This document shows, one piece after another, positions 1 through 8,578 of a DNA stretch of 32,000 bases; the first letter of the stretch is position 1; the number at the start of each line of letters is the position of its first letter. Position numbers and translations under genes: made by a program. Location: the NCBI GenBank assembly GCA_041657425.1, contig JBBABY010000001.1, forward strand, positions 1 through 32,000. The letters run 5' to 3'. Source of the stretch: an archaeon (lineage in GTDB: Archaea; Iainarchaeota; Iainarchaeia; Iainarchaeales; CSSED10-239). The notes beneath the pieces are model-generated. The model was not told the DNA's origin. It did not search any database and saw only the letters and a program-made list of their open reading frames with translations.

Positions 1-975
1 TTGTTAAACTGGTCATTGCCAGAACCATAAATCCCACCAATTTCAAGAATAACATTATAATTTAAATCTAATTTTAAAAGTTTGTGGAAAGAAGAATCAA
101 CAACATATATAAAATTATCAGATATTGCAACTGATCGTGGAGAAGAAAATAAAACTTCGCTATTATAATAATTATTATCTGGAAAATTAAATCTTACGAT
201 ACGATGATTACCGGTGTCTGCAACATAAACATAAGTGTCGTTAACGAAAACGCCAAAAGGCCCATTAAACTGATCATTGCCAGAACCTCCTGTACCAATC
301 TTTGAAACATAACTTAAATCGGATTTTAAACGCTTAACAATACGCTGATTACTTGTGTCTGCAATATAAACATAGGTGTCATCAACGGAAACGCCAGAAG
401 GCCAATTAAACTGATCATTGCCAGAACCTCCTGTACCCGTCTTTGAAACATAACTTAAATCAGATTTTAAACGCTTAACAATACGCTGATTACCTGTGTC
501 TGCAATATAAACATAGGTATCGTCAACGGAAACGCCTGAGGGATAAGAAAACTGATCGTTTCCAGAACCATTTGAACCTATCTCTGAAACATAACTTAAA
601 TCAGATTTTAAACGCTTAACAATACGATGGTTATATGTGTCTGCAACATAAACATAAGTTTCATCAACGGAAACGCCAGAAGGCCAATTAAACTGATCAT
701 TGCCAGAACCTCCTGTGCCTATCTTTGAAACATAACTTAAATCAGATTTTAAACGCTTGACGATACGCTGATTACTTGTGTCTGCAATATAAACATAGGT
801 GTCATCAACGGAAACGCCAGAAGGCCCATTAAACTGATCATCGCCAGAACCAGAAATTCCACCAATTTCAATAATAACATTATAATTTAAATCTAATTTT
901 AAAAGCTTATGAAATGAAGAATCAACAACATATATATAATTATCAGATATTGCAACTGATCGTGGAGTTCCAATT
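1..975 (-). repeat. In-frame tandem DNA repeats encoding NHL blades. The period is 141 bp (47 aa), nested in an approximately 825-bp higher-order repeat.
   Basis: The anchor 'ctgatc(a/g)tt(g/t)ccagaacc' recurs at 270, 411, 552, 693 and 834, exactly 141 bp apart. By eye, neighbouring units differ at roughly 13 of 141 positions. Bases 9-140 are nearly identical to 834-965, an offset of 825 bp. Confidence 0.9.
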
Positions 976-2744
976 ACATAACCATTTATTGATTTATAAA
1001 AATTTTTATTATTCTCTTTATCGTATCTTACAATTCCGTTATTGGCGGTGTCTGCAACATAAATATGTTCTGAATCAATACAAATTCCTGAAGGACTATT
1101 AAGAGTAATTTCTCCAGCTTTATTTAAACTAATATAATAACTTAGATCACTTTTATTAAACAAAACAACAGAATTATAAATATTATCTGTACCGTAAATA
1201 TAATCTTCATCAAGAGATATATCATAAATCTTATAATTTATTTTTTCTTTAGTATTATATGAAAAATCAGATTTATTAAATACATAAATTGTATTTAATA
1301 TTGAATTAGAAACATATATCTTTTCATTATCCACAGCAATTCCCGAAATCCCATAGAAACTGTGATCTTCGGAAGTATCTATAGTGTGTATTAGTGTTTG
1401 ACTTGTACTATTAAATATCTTAACTTTTTGGTTACCCAAATCTACAACATAAATATAACTACTATCTACATCTATTCCTCTAGGTGAATTAAATTGGACA
1501 TTTTCTGTTCCATAAGATCCAAAAGTTGTAATCAAATTTAAATTTAAATCTAAAATTACAATTCTATTATTGCCTGTGTCTGAAACATATAATTTATCAT
1601 TATTTAAAACTATATTCTTGGGGGCATTTAATTCATAATTTGAAGAAATTATGCCTATTGATGAAATAACTATATTTTCTAAATTATTTTTTTCTACTTT
1701 TATTATTCTATTGTTTAATGTGTCTGCAATATATGCAAAATTAGAATCAACAGCAATATCATAAGGAAGATTAACAACGCCATCAGAAATTAAAAAATTA
1801 CTATTATAGTTTTCCCCATCTAATATTTTTCTGGTAAATGTATTTCCCGCATTCTGATATATACTTCTATTATCTATATCATAAGATGCCATAGCAACAT
1901 TTCCTACCCATAATTGCCCATTCCCTATCTCTCCACCAGACCAATTTTCATTTACTACTTCTGCATTTCTTAATAAAGTCATATATTGTTCATTATTAAT
2001 TAAACTATAATTCTCGCCTTGACTTTCACACATTTCTACTGCGTCAGTATACGTAATATTTCCTATCGGATATCCTTCAGGAGTACTTACTATCTTTGAA
2101 ACTCCTTCCTCTTGGAAATTAAATATAGAATTTGGAGTAGAACTTCCTTCTGTTCGATAATACTCAGATTCATCTCCAACATTATCATCATCATTATCAG
2201 CTTTTGCCTCATATTGCATAACACAAAATCCATTCTTTGAATACATTGTATTATAAAGATAATTACCTGGAACAGGAATATATCCTCCTGGGCAATCTGT
2301 AGCTATTGGAGAGACAATATTTTGTTTTACTCCTTTCTTAACAATTTGTTTTCCATTATCTAGATATAAAATTAAATCAAAATCTTTTTGCATTATACTT
2401 AATTTCAAAATGTCTCCACTATATGGAGTTAAATATAATGGTATTTCTAAAGGAACTTCAATTGTATTTAATTCTAAAATACTATATCCAATTATATTTA
2501 TATCTTGATATTTAGAAGTTGCTGGTGGTTTATAGGTTATTAAAAATGCGCCATTTGTTCCATCTTTAATATCTAAAAATAAGCTTACTTCTGAATCTTC
2601 TTCTTGGATTAGATTATTTGCTTTTGATAAAGATCTATTTGAAAAATCTTTCCCAAAAGAAAGAATTACAGTTATAATTATTACAGAAACTATCACTAAT
2701 AAAATCGTTGCAATTAATGGCTCTATTGCTTTTTTTTTAATCAT
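1..2744 (-). CDS. Surface protein, partial (C-terminus lies beyond the window start). It has an archaeal class III (type IV pilin-like) signal peptide, a SUMF1/FGE-like domain and many NHL-type beta-propeller repeats.
   Basis: ATG at 2744-2742. My minus-strand translation begins MIKKKAIEPLIATILLVIVSVIIITVILSFGKDF, which has the KKA|IEPLIAT form of an archaeal prepilin-like N-terminus. The middle region reads GYIPVPGN..NGFCVMQYEAKADNDDD..ITYTDAVEMCESQGENYSLINNEQYMTLLRNAE..NWSGG, which is FGE/SUMF1-like. After that come repeated GSGNDQFNxPxGVxVDxxYVYxADTxNxRIV units, the NHL signature. Frame checks at positions 359 and 1139 agree with the 2744 start. The ORF is absent from the track because it has no stop codon inside the window. 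Confidence 0.8.
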   Translation of the reverse strand, partial: MIKKKAIEPLIATILLVIVSVIIITVILSFGKDFSNRSLSKANNLIQEEDSEVSLFLDIKDGTNGAFLITYKPPATSKYQDINIIGYSILELNTIEVPLEIPLYLTPYSGDILKLSIMQKDFDLILYLDNGKQIVKKGVKQNIVSPIATDCPGGYIPVPGNYLYNTMYSKNGFCVMQYEAKADNDDDNVGDESEYYRTEGSSTPNSIFNFQEEGVSKIVSTPEGYPIGNITYTDAVEMCESQGENYSLINNEQYMTLLRNAEVVNENWSGGEIGNGQLWVGNVAMASYDIDNRSIYQNAGNTFTRKILDGENYNSNFLISDGVVNLPYDIAVDSNFAYIADTLNNRIIKVEKNNLENIVISSIGIISSNYELNAPKNIVLNNDKLYVSDTGNNRIVILDLNLNLITTFGSYGTENVQFNSPRGIDVDSSYIYVVDLGNQKVKIFNSTSQTLIHTIDTSEDHSFYGISGIAVDNEKIYVSNSILNTIYVFNKSDFSYNTKEKINYKIYDISLDEDYIYGTDNIYNSVVLFNKSDLSYYISLNKAGEITLNSPSGICIDSEHIYVADTANNGIVRYDKENNKNFYKSINGYVIGTPRSVAISDNYIYVVDSSFHKLLKLDLNYNVIIEIGGISGSGDDQFNGPSGVSVDDTYVYIADTSNQRIVKRLKSDLSYVSKIGTGGSGNDQFNWPSGVSVDETYVYVADTYNHRIVKRLKSDLSYVSEIGSNGSGNDQFSYPSGVSVDDTYVYIADTGNQRIVKRLKSDLSYVSKTGTGGSGNDQFNWPSGVSVDDTYVYIADTSNQRIVKRLKSDLSYVSKIGTGGSGNDQFNGPFGVFVNDTYVYVADTGNHRIVRFNFPDNNYYNSEVLFSSPRSVAISDNFIYVVDSSFHKLLKLDLNYNVILEIGGIYGSGNDQFN

Positions 2745-2869
2745 AATTTTTCTATAGAATATAAAAGACCGATCAATTTTAAACAATTGTGTATTATCTT
2801 AATTAACCTATATTTTTAATTATAATGGAGATTATTATAGTTATAACAATAATTTAAATTAGAGAAAAC

Positions 2870-3859
2870 ATGACATTAACAGAAATAATCACTGAAGAAA
2901 TAAAAAACTTGAAAAAGGAACTAAAAACAGAAGATAAGCCTTTAGCTATACAGATACCTGAAGGACTTAAACAATTCTCTTGTACCATTCTTGATGAGCT
3001 TAAAGATTTTGAGCCATTATTATTTGTAGACCCTTGCTATGGTGCTTGCGACCTTAAGGCCGTGGATTCTAAAATACTTGGTTGTAAAACTCTTTTACAT
3101 TTTGGACATAGACAATTGCCTGGTCTTAAAGTTCCAAAAGGAATTAAAATAATCTATGTGCCACTTAATTTTGAATACACAAAGTCGCAAATTGAGTATG
3201 TGGTTTCAGAAATAAAAAAATTAGGATTACAAAATATTAATCTTGTAACAACTGTCCAGTATCTTTCTAATATCTCTGTTATTAAGAAAGAACTAGAAAA
3301 GATTGAAATCACGGTTTTAATTTCAGAAAAAACAAAAAGATTACAAGAACATCAGATCCTTGGTTGTGATTGCTCTAATATTAAAGACACTACTAATCCA
3401 ATTGTGTTTATTGGAGACGGATGGTTCCATATCAATAATGTTTCTTACACCCACAGAAAACAAAACGTTTATTTAATTAATCCGATGATTAATCACTGTG
3501 AAAAAATAACCTATAACGAAAAATTCTTAAGACAAAGATATGCAGCAATTGCTAGAGCCATAGAATGTAAAAGCTTTGGAATACTTGTTAGTTCTAAACC
3601 TGGACAAAATAGATTAAAACAAGCAAATAAAATAAAAACAATCTTAGAAAAAAATGGGAAAAAAACTTATCTTCTTATAAGCGATTACATAAATGAAAAT
3701 TATTTACTAGGTATTGAAGTTGATTGCTATATTAACACGGCTTGTCCAAGAATTGCCTATGATGATTTTTCTAGCTTTAAAAAACCAATAATAAGTGCAA
3801 CAGAAATTGAACAAATGTTTAATATAAAGAAAGAAATAAAAATTGATCAAATAAATTAA
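2870..3859 (+). CDS. dph2: Diphthamide biosynthesis protein Dph2, a radical-SAM 2-(3-amino-3-carboxypropyl)histidine synthase.
   Basis: The 329-aa size is typical of archaeal Dph2. Motifs include LAIQIPEGLK, DPCYGACDL, LGCKTLLHFGH, GCDCS and NTACPRIAYDD. Confidence 0.85.
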   Translation: MTLTEIITEEIKNLKKELKTEDKPLAIQIPEGLKQFSCTILDELKDFEPLLFVDPCYGACDLKAVDSKILGCKTLLHFGHRQLPGLKVPKGIKIIYVPLNFEYTKSQIEYVVSEIKKLGLQNINLVTTVQYLSNISVIKKELEKIEITVLISEKTKRLQEHQILGCDCSNIKDTTNPIVFIGDGWFHINNVSYTHRKQNVYLINPMINHCEKITYNEKFLRQRYAAIARAIECKSFGILVSSKPGQNRLKQANKIKTILEKNGKKTYLLISDYINENYLLGIEVDCYINTACPRIAYDDFSSFKKPIISATEIEQMFNIKKEIKIDQIN

Positions 3860-4635
3860 TTATTAGAATCAATTATAACATTTGCATCAACAAGCACATT
3901 CTGATCTTGAACAGCATTTGCGTCTGCATTTGTTTGTTGAGATAATTTTTTCTTTATTGCTTCAACTGCAGAAAGTGTATTTTCTAAATCTGGATAATTT
4001 GATTTTAAAATTAAATAAGTTGAAATCATCATATCATCTTTTGTTCTGGGTTTTACCTGTATTCTTTTTTCTAAAGGATAAACATTTACTCTAGATTCTG
4101 TCAATTTATCATTTGGAAGATCAATTGAAATTAATGATTCTGCACCATCAATTAATACCATACACTCTTCTTTATTCAAGTCTGTATTTGTATATAAATC
4201 TCCAAGATTAGTTGAACAATAAACTAATTCGCGTTTTTCATTTAAACCATTAACTACGATTGTGGTAGTCTTATTTTTTGAGGAAAGAATAGTAGTTAAA
4301 AGAATCATTGGTTCAGTTGCGGCTTCAATACTATTGAAATCATCAACTATTGTATTTGCAGAAATTGTAATATTGTTATTATCCATTACTGTTGTTAATG
4401 CATCTCTTAATTGCATGTCTTGAGAATAAAAATTAATTCCCATTTCTGAATCTTTAAAATCAAATCTACTGTCTATATAATAATTATAGGCCTTGTAACC
4501 AATAAACCCAAGCATTGCAAGAACTAAAACTAAAACCACAATAACTGAAAGAGTCTTATTTGCTTTCTTTACACCAGCATTTTTATTTATTTCCCTTACG
4601 CTTTGTACTTGTGCCGTTGATAATGCCCTTACCAT
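3856..4635 (-). CDS. Hypothetical type II membrane-anchored protein.
   Basis: 259-aa ORF with an ATG start. It has one N-terminal TM helix (LSVIVVLVLVLAMLGFIGY) after a basic stretch. The start overlaps the stop of the upstream Fap7-like gene (TTATGGTAA). I recognise no family. Confidence 0.5.
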   Translation of the reverse strand: MVRALSTAQVQSVREINKNAGVKKANKTLSVIVVLVLVLAMLGFIGYKAYNYYIDSRFDFKDSEMGINFYSQDMQLRDALTTVMDNNNITISANTIVDDFNSIEAATEPMILLTTILSSKNKTTTIVVNGLNEKRELVYCSTNLGDLYTNTDLNKEECMVLIDGAESLISIDLPNDKLTESRVNVYPLEKRIQVKPRTKDDMMISTYLILKSNYPDLENTLSAVEAIKKKLSQQTNADANAVQDQNVLVDANVIIDSNN

Positions 4636-5105
4636 AATTTTCCCTTCAGTTTTTTTATGTTCTCTTTTAAATTATTATTTGTATTAATCATTATATACTT
4701 TTGTTTTTTCTTATCAAACTGATTTTCAATATATTTGTTTTCTTTACAAAATATATTTTCTTCTATCTTGATTAGAGTATATTTTCTTTTCTCTAACCTT
4801 TCTCTTAATATTTTTGTTGGAACTGTAAGAATGAAAACTTTATCAAAAAACTTTAGATTAGCTTTTGAAAGCTCGCACCACAAGTGTCCTTCAAAGATGA
4901 CGTTGTCTTGTTGCTTAATGTCCTTTGAAAACTGTTCATTTAATTTTTTTATATCGACATTATATTCCTTTGATTCCATTTGACCTAACTTATGTTTTTG
5001 AGAATATTTCTTATCATTAATTATTTTATACTTTATTTGCTTAGATAATTCTCTTGCAATTTCTGATTTTCCAACTCCTGGAATGCCTGTGATTAATATT
5101 CTCAT
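4629..5105 (-). CDS. Fap7/AK6-like adenylate kinase (P-loop NTPase).
   Basis: Walker A motif MRILITGIPGVGKS. FEGHL and FDKVFILTVPTKILRERLEKRKY..KIEENI match the archaeal AK6/Fap7 layout. The 158-aa size fits. Confidence 0.7.
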   Translation of the reverse strand: MRILITGIPGVGKSEIARELSKQIKYKIINDKKYSQKHKLGQMESKEYNVDIKKLNEQFSKDIKQQDNVIFEGHLWCELSKANLKFFDKVFILTVPTKILRERLEKRKYTLIKIEENIFCKENKYIENQFDKKKQKYIMINTNNNLKENIKKLKGKLW

Positions 5106-5108
5106 AGT

Positions 5109-6995
5109 TTATCTTAGTCTTATACTTTCAAGATCTTGTATTGATTTTGTATCAACATTATATTTTCTACTTACATAATTTGAAAACTCTTGGCAAGAAT
5201 CTCCGTGATTCACAAGTATAGTTTTTGGCATTGGCTTTAAGACATTTAAGAAATTAAAAAGCTCTGCTCTGTAAGAGTGACCACTAAAAGAATCGACAGT
5301 TTCTATTCTCATATTAATGTCAAGGTTTTTATTCTTACCATCTTCAAAGATAGGCATTGACTTCAATCCTTTTTGTATCTTGTAACCTAAAGTGTTTCTT
5401 CCTTGATAACCAACAAACACTAATGTGTTCTTTGGATCTTCTGCATATTTGTTAAAGTATCTAAGAGATGCTCCACCTGTAAGCATTCCAGAAGAAGCCA
5501 AGATTACTGTTCCTGGAGTTATTAGTTCTTCTCCTTCTTTTGCATCATCCACTGTTACAAAAATATCTGAAAGAAATGGAGAATTGTTTTGTAAAACTCT
5601 AATCTTTATGTTCTTCTTTAAAAACTCAGGATAAACTGTATGGATTGCTGATGCTTGTCTTGTCATTCCATCTACTAAAATCTTAGGTACTTTTAATTTT
5701 CCTTGTTTATAATATTCTTCTAAAATTATCATTGCCTCTTGAGCTCTTCCTACTGAGAAAACAGGAATTAAAGTTATTCCTCCTTTTTCTGTTGTTTCAT
5801 TAATTATATCAATCAAATGAGTTTCAGAATTCATTCTTGATGGAGTTGTATCTTTTCCACCATATGTGCTTTCCATAATCATTGATTCTAATCTTGGATA
5901 ATTGATGTCCATGTTATTAAATAATCTTGTAAAACCAAACTTGAAATCTCCGGTATACACTAAATTTTGTTTTCCTTCACCTATATGCAAGTGAACAGAA
6001 GCTGAACCAAGTATGTGTGCAGCATCATGGAATGTTAATCTTATTCCTGGAGCAATATCTGTAACTTCTCTGTAGTCTCTTGTGATTGTATGCTTGATTA
6101 CTTCCTTAACATGTTCTTCCATGTACAATGGCTCTCTTCCACTTTTGACTGCGACATCAATTAAATCAAACTGAAGTAATGCCATTAAATCTCTTGTTGG
6201 TTCTGTACAATAGACTGGACCGTTATATCCTGCTTTGAAAAGATATGGCAAGAATCCACAATGATCAATATGTGCGTGACTAATTATTACTGCAGACAGT
6301 TCATCTAACGGAAATCTTAAAACATCAAAATATGGAACTTCTTCGTTCTTATCAGAAGCATTAATTCCACAATCTAAAATTATCTTGGTGTCAGGAGTTT
6401 CAAGAAGAATACAACTTCTTCCAACTTCTCTAAATCCACCAAGTGCAGTTACTCTTATCCAGTCATTTGTACTTACTGGTGGGCTGTAAATTGTATTTGC
6501 TACTGTTTTTAAGAATGCTTTTCTTTCTGCACTACTCTTTAACAAAATTAATCTTATTCTTTTTAGAATTTCAGAAGGCTCTGTTGGAGCTCTTATTATT
6601 CTAGGTATCCAGCCTGTTCTTTTGATTATGTCTCTTGAAATCATTCCCATTTTTCCAATAACTACTCCAGGTTTTATTGCTTCAATTACAACTTCACTAA
6701 AAGCTGTATCAAAGAAAATACTTTTAATATCTGCATCGTCAGGAACTATTTCTTTTATAACATTAAGTGCTTCAGAAGGATCCATTAATATGCTTTTTTC
6801 AGATCTAATGTTTATTCTTTTCTTTAATTGCTCAGCAAGCTCTCCAATTATTGATTTATCTTCAAAGAACACTAATGGGGTGTCTGTATAGATTCCAATT
6901 TCTGGGCCCTCTGCATCAATCTTTGACACATTAATTCTTTTCTTTGCTAGAAATTTTTCTATATAATCCTTTATTGCTTTAAATTCGTCTTCCAT
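5109..6995 (-). CDS. fttA: aCPSF1/FttA: a KH-domain, metallo-beta-lactamase, beta-CASP ribonuclease that acts as the archaeal transcription termination factor.
   Basis: 628 aa. N-terminal KH elements (VIGKMGMISRDI), the MBL motif ISHAHIDHCG, and a beta-CASP C-terminal region (ESTYGG...VNHGD). It lies next to psmB, as in many archaea. Confidence 0.9.
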   Translation of the reverse strand: MEDEFKAIKDYIEKFLAKKRINVSKIDAEGPEIGIYTDTPLVFFEDKSIIGELAEQLKKRINIRSEKSILMDPSEALNVIKEIVPDDADIKSIFFDTAFSEVVIEAIKPGVVIGKMGMISRDIIKRTGWIPRIIRAPTEPSEILKRIRLILLKSSAERKAFLKTVANTIYSPPVSTNDWIRVTALGGFREVGRSCILLETPDTKIILDCGINASDKNEEVPYFDVLRFPLDELSAVIISHAHIDHCGFLPYLFKAGYNGPVYCTEPTRDLMALLQFDLIDVAVKSGREPLYMEEHVKEVIKHTITRDYREVTDIAPGIRLTFHDAAHILGSASVHLHIGEGKQNLVYTGDFKFGFTRLFNNMDINYPRLESMIMESTYGGKDTTPSRMNSETHLIDIINETTEKGGITLIPVFSVGRAQEAMIILEEYYKQGKLKVPKILVDGMTRQASAIHTVYPEFLKKNIKIRVLQNNSPFLSDIFVTVDDAKEGEELITPGTVILASSGMLTGGASLRYFNKYAEDPKNTLVFVGYQGRNTLGYKIQKGLKSMPIFEDGKNKNLDINMRIETVDSFSGHSYRAELFNFLNVLKPMPKTILVNHGDSCQEFSNYVSRKYNVDTKSIQDLESIRLR

Positions 6996-7058
6996 GTTTT
7001 TTCCTGTTTAAATAATAAAATAAGTTTAAATAAAATAAATAAAATAAAAATTAGATAA

Positions 7059-7664
7059 TTAGATATATTTTGAAATAACAAGCTCTTCAATCTTGTCCTT
7101 TCTTACAATTACTACTTTTATTCCTTGTCCACCCGTATAGATGTCTCTTTTCTTTGCTGCAGTTATTGCTTCTTTTGCTAGTTTTACTGCGTCATCAGTT
7201 GTTAGTCCTTTCTTGTAATGGTTATCAAGAACACTTAATGCTAATTCTGAACCTGAACCAGAATAAGAGAAATCCTTTTCCTCTATCATTCCGCCTGCAA
7301 GATCAATATTGTATAATGATAAGCCACCTGCTGAACCAGCTAAAATAAACTGAGTAACGTATGGTACCATCTTGTTTGCATTTAAAATATTTGAAAGAAG
7401 AGTGGCACACGCCTTTGTTGTCATTGGAGTCTTATGCTCTAAGTCAAATAAACTTGCTTGGACTTTTAGAAATCTTACAAGAACTAGTGCATCGCCAACA
7501 GAGCCTGCAATTGTTACTGCTAATTGATCATTGATCTTATAGATCTTTGTCATCTCCGTATTTGATTGCAAATTACCCATTGTTGCTTGCATATCTGCTG
7601 CAAGAACTATAGAATCCTTTGCTAAAATTGCAACTGTTGTTGTTCCTGTTTTATGTGTTTCCAA
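7059..7664 (-). CDS. psmB: Proteasome subunit beta.
   Basis: The N-terminus (M)ETHKTG|TTTVAILAKDSIVLAADMQAT is an Ntn-hydrolase start with a catalytic Thr after a short propeptide. The start codon is TTG at 7664-7662. An in-frame TGA lies 2 codons upstream and there is no in-frame ATG before the TTT motif. GGTGA sits just upstream. Confidence 0.9.
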   Translation of the reverse strand: METHKTGTTTVAILAKDSIVLAADMQATMGNLQSNTEMTKIYKINDQLAVTIAGSVGDALVLVRFLKVQASLFDLEHKTPMTTKACATLLSNILNANKMVPYVTQFILAGSAGGLSLYNIDLAGGMIEEKDFSYSGSGSELALSVLDNHYKKGLTTDDAVKLAKEAITAAKKRDIYTGGQGIKVVIVRKDKIEELVISKYI

Positions 7665-7680
7665 AAATCATTCACCGTTT

Positions 7681-8364
7681 TTATTTTTTCTTTTCATAGT
7701 TTTCTACAAAATGTACATTTTCAAAAGTACATGTATCAAATACTGATTGTATGAATACATATTTAATATACTCTATTTCCTTTGGTAATGCCCCTGGGAT
7801 TATTAACTCTAATGTTGTTTCTGTAGTTTGAACTTTTGCTTTGTCCTTTGGCATAAAAAAGAAATATTTCTCAAATAATGCTTGTGACTTGTCTTTGTTG
7901 TTTGCACAAATCTTCTTTAATGTAATTTTGTAATCTAAATCTCTTCCTGCAAATTCGTGGTTCATATCAACTTGAACTCTTCCTCCTGAGACATTTAATA
8001 CCTTTGCTTGTCTGTTGCCAAGATTAATAAACATTCCTGGCTTTGGATCAATTTGTTCTTTTTTAAAATCTGCTAATGGAAGTAATTGTATTAACTTTGA
8101 ATCTCTATCTCCAAATGCTTTTTCTTTTGAAAGTGAGAACTCTTTTGTTTTTCCAATTTCTAAATCTTTTATGTTTTCTTCAACTGCTTTAAGTAATTCT
8201 CCTTTTCCAAAAATTACTACTAATGGTTTATATTGAATTTTAGAATCATAGATATTTCCTTCTTTTGCAATTATTTCAAAAGTTGTATCAAGAACTGTAC
8301 CCATATTTTTATCTTTAATTATTAAATCTAGTTCGATTATATCATTGTTGTTTATCATTTTCAT
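7681..8364 (-). CDS. FKBP-type peptidyl-prolyl cis-trans isomerase, the long archaeal SlyD-like form with an insert-in-flap domain.
   Basis: PLVVIFGKGELLKAVEENIKDLEIGKTKEFSL..AFGDRD...GRVQVDMNHEFAGRDLDYKITLKKI matches the FKBP core and IF domain. A GGAGAG Shine-Dalgarno (SD) sequence lies upstream of the ATG. Confidence 0.8.
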   Translation of the reverse strand: MKMINNNDIIELDLIIKDKNMGTVLDTTFEIIAKEGNIYDSKIQYKPLVVIFGKGELLKAVEENIKDLEIGKTKEFSLSKEKAFGDRDSKLIQLLPLADFKKEQIDPKPGMFINLGNRQAKVLNVSGGRVQVDMNHEFAGRDLDYKITLKKICANNKDKSQALFEKYFFFMPKDKAKVQTTETTLELIIPGALPKEIEYIKYVFIQSVFDTCTFENVHFVENYEKKK

Positions 8365-8545
8365 TCTCTCCGTTTATAAATATTCATTAAAATTCCTTTA
8401 TTAAGCTGTGATTAACATACCTTTCATAAATCAATCAATTTTTTTAATAGAAAATCGTATTATATCTAAATTAGTATATAATATATTATAACAAATGTAT
8501 TAAAAAGGTTTTCCTTAAAGTTAATAACCAATTATTTAAAAATAG

Positions 8546-8567
8546 ATTTATAAGATATATAATATAA
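8546..8567 (+). promoter_or_regulatory. Candidate TATA-like box for the 8579 gene. The spacing would suit a leaderless or short-leader mRNA.
   Basis: 'tttataagatatataatataa' ends about 12 nt and begins about 30 nt upstream of the ATG at 8579. It lies in a 214-bp divergent intergenic region. Specificity is weak in such AT-rich DNA. Confidence 0.25.
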
Positions 8568-8578
8568 GGGCACAACTA

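Noticed and set aside
1-975. Regularly spaced repeats that could superficially suggest a CRISPR array or a satellite.
   Set aside because: The units are contiguous with no unique spacers. The period is 141 bp, a multiple of 3, and they sit in one open frame that encodes NHL blades.
914-1102. Plus-strand ORFs lying antisense inside long minus-strand genes. Track examples: 914-1102, 3882-4094, 4735-4983, 5425-5634, 6622-6891, 7154-7348, 8015-8236, 14175-14504, 18150-18362, 20981-21205, 24407-24748, 25214-25457, 27985-28233, 28464-28802, 29113-29364, 30799-31296. The same applies to minus-strand ORFs inside the plus-strand genes at 9016-9354, 10003-10251, 11276-11754 and 12121-12318.
   Set aside because: Each is fully embedded in a much longer ORF that has clear family motifs on the opposite strand. 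Their translations are low-complexity, Leu/Phe/Ser-rich shadow sequences of the kind expected in AT-rich DNA.
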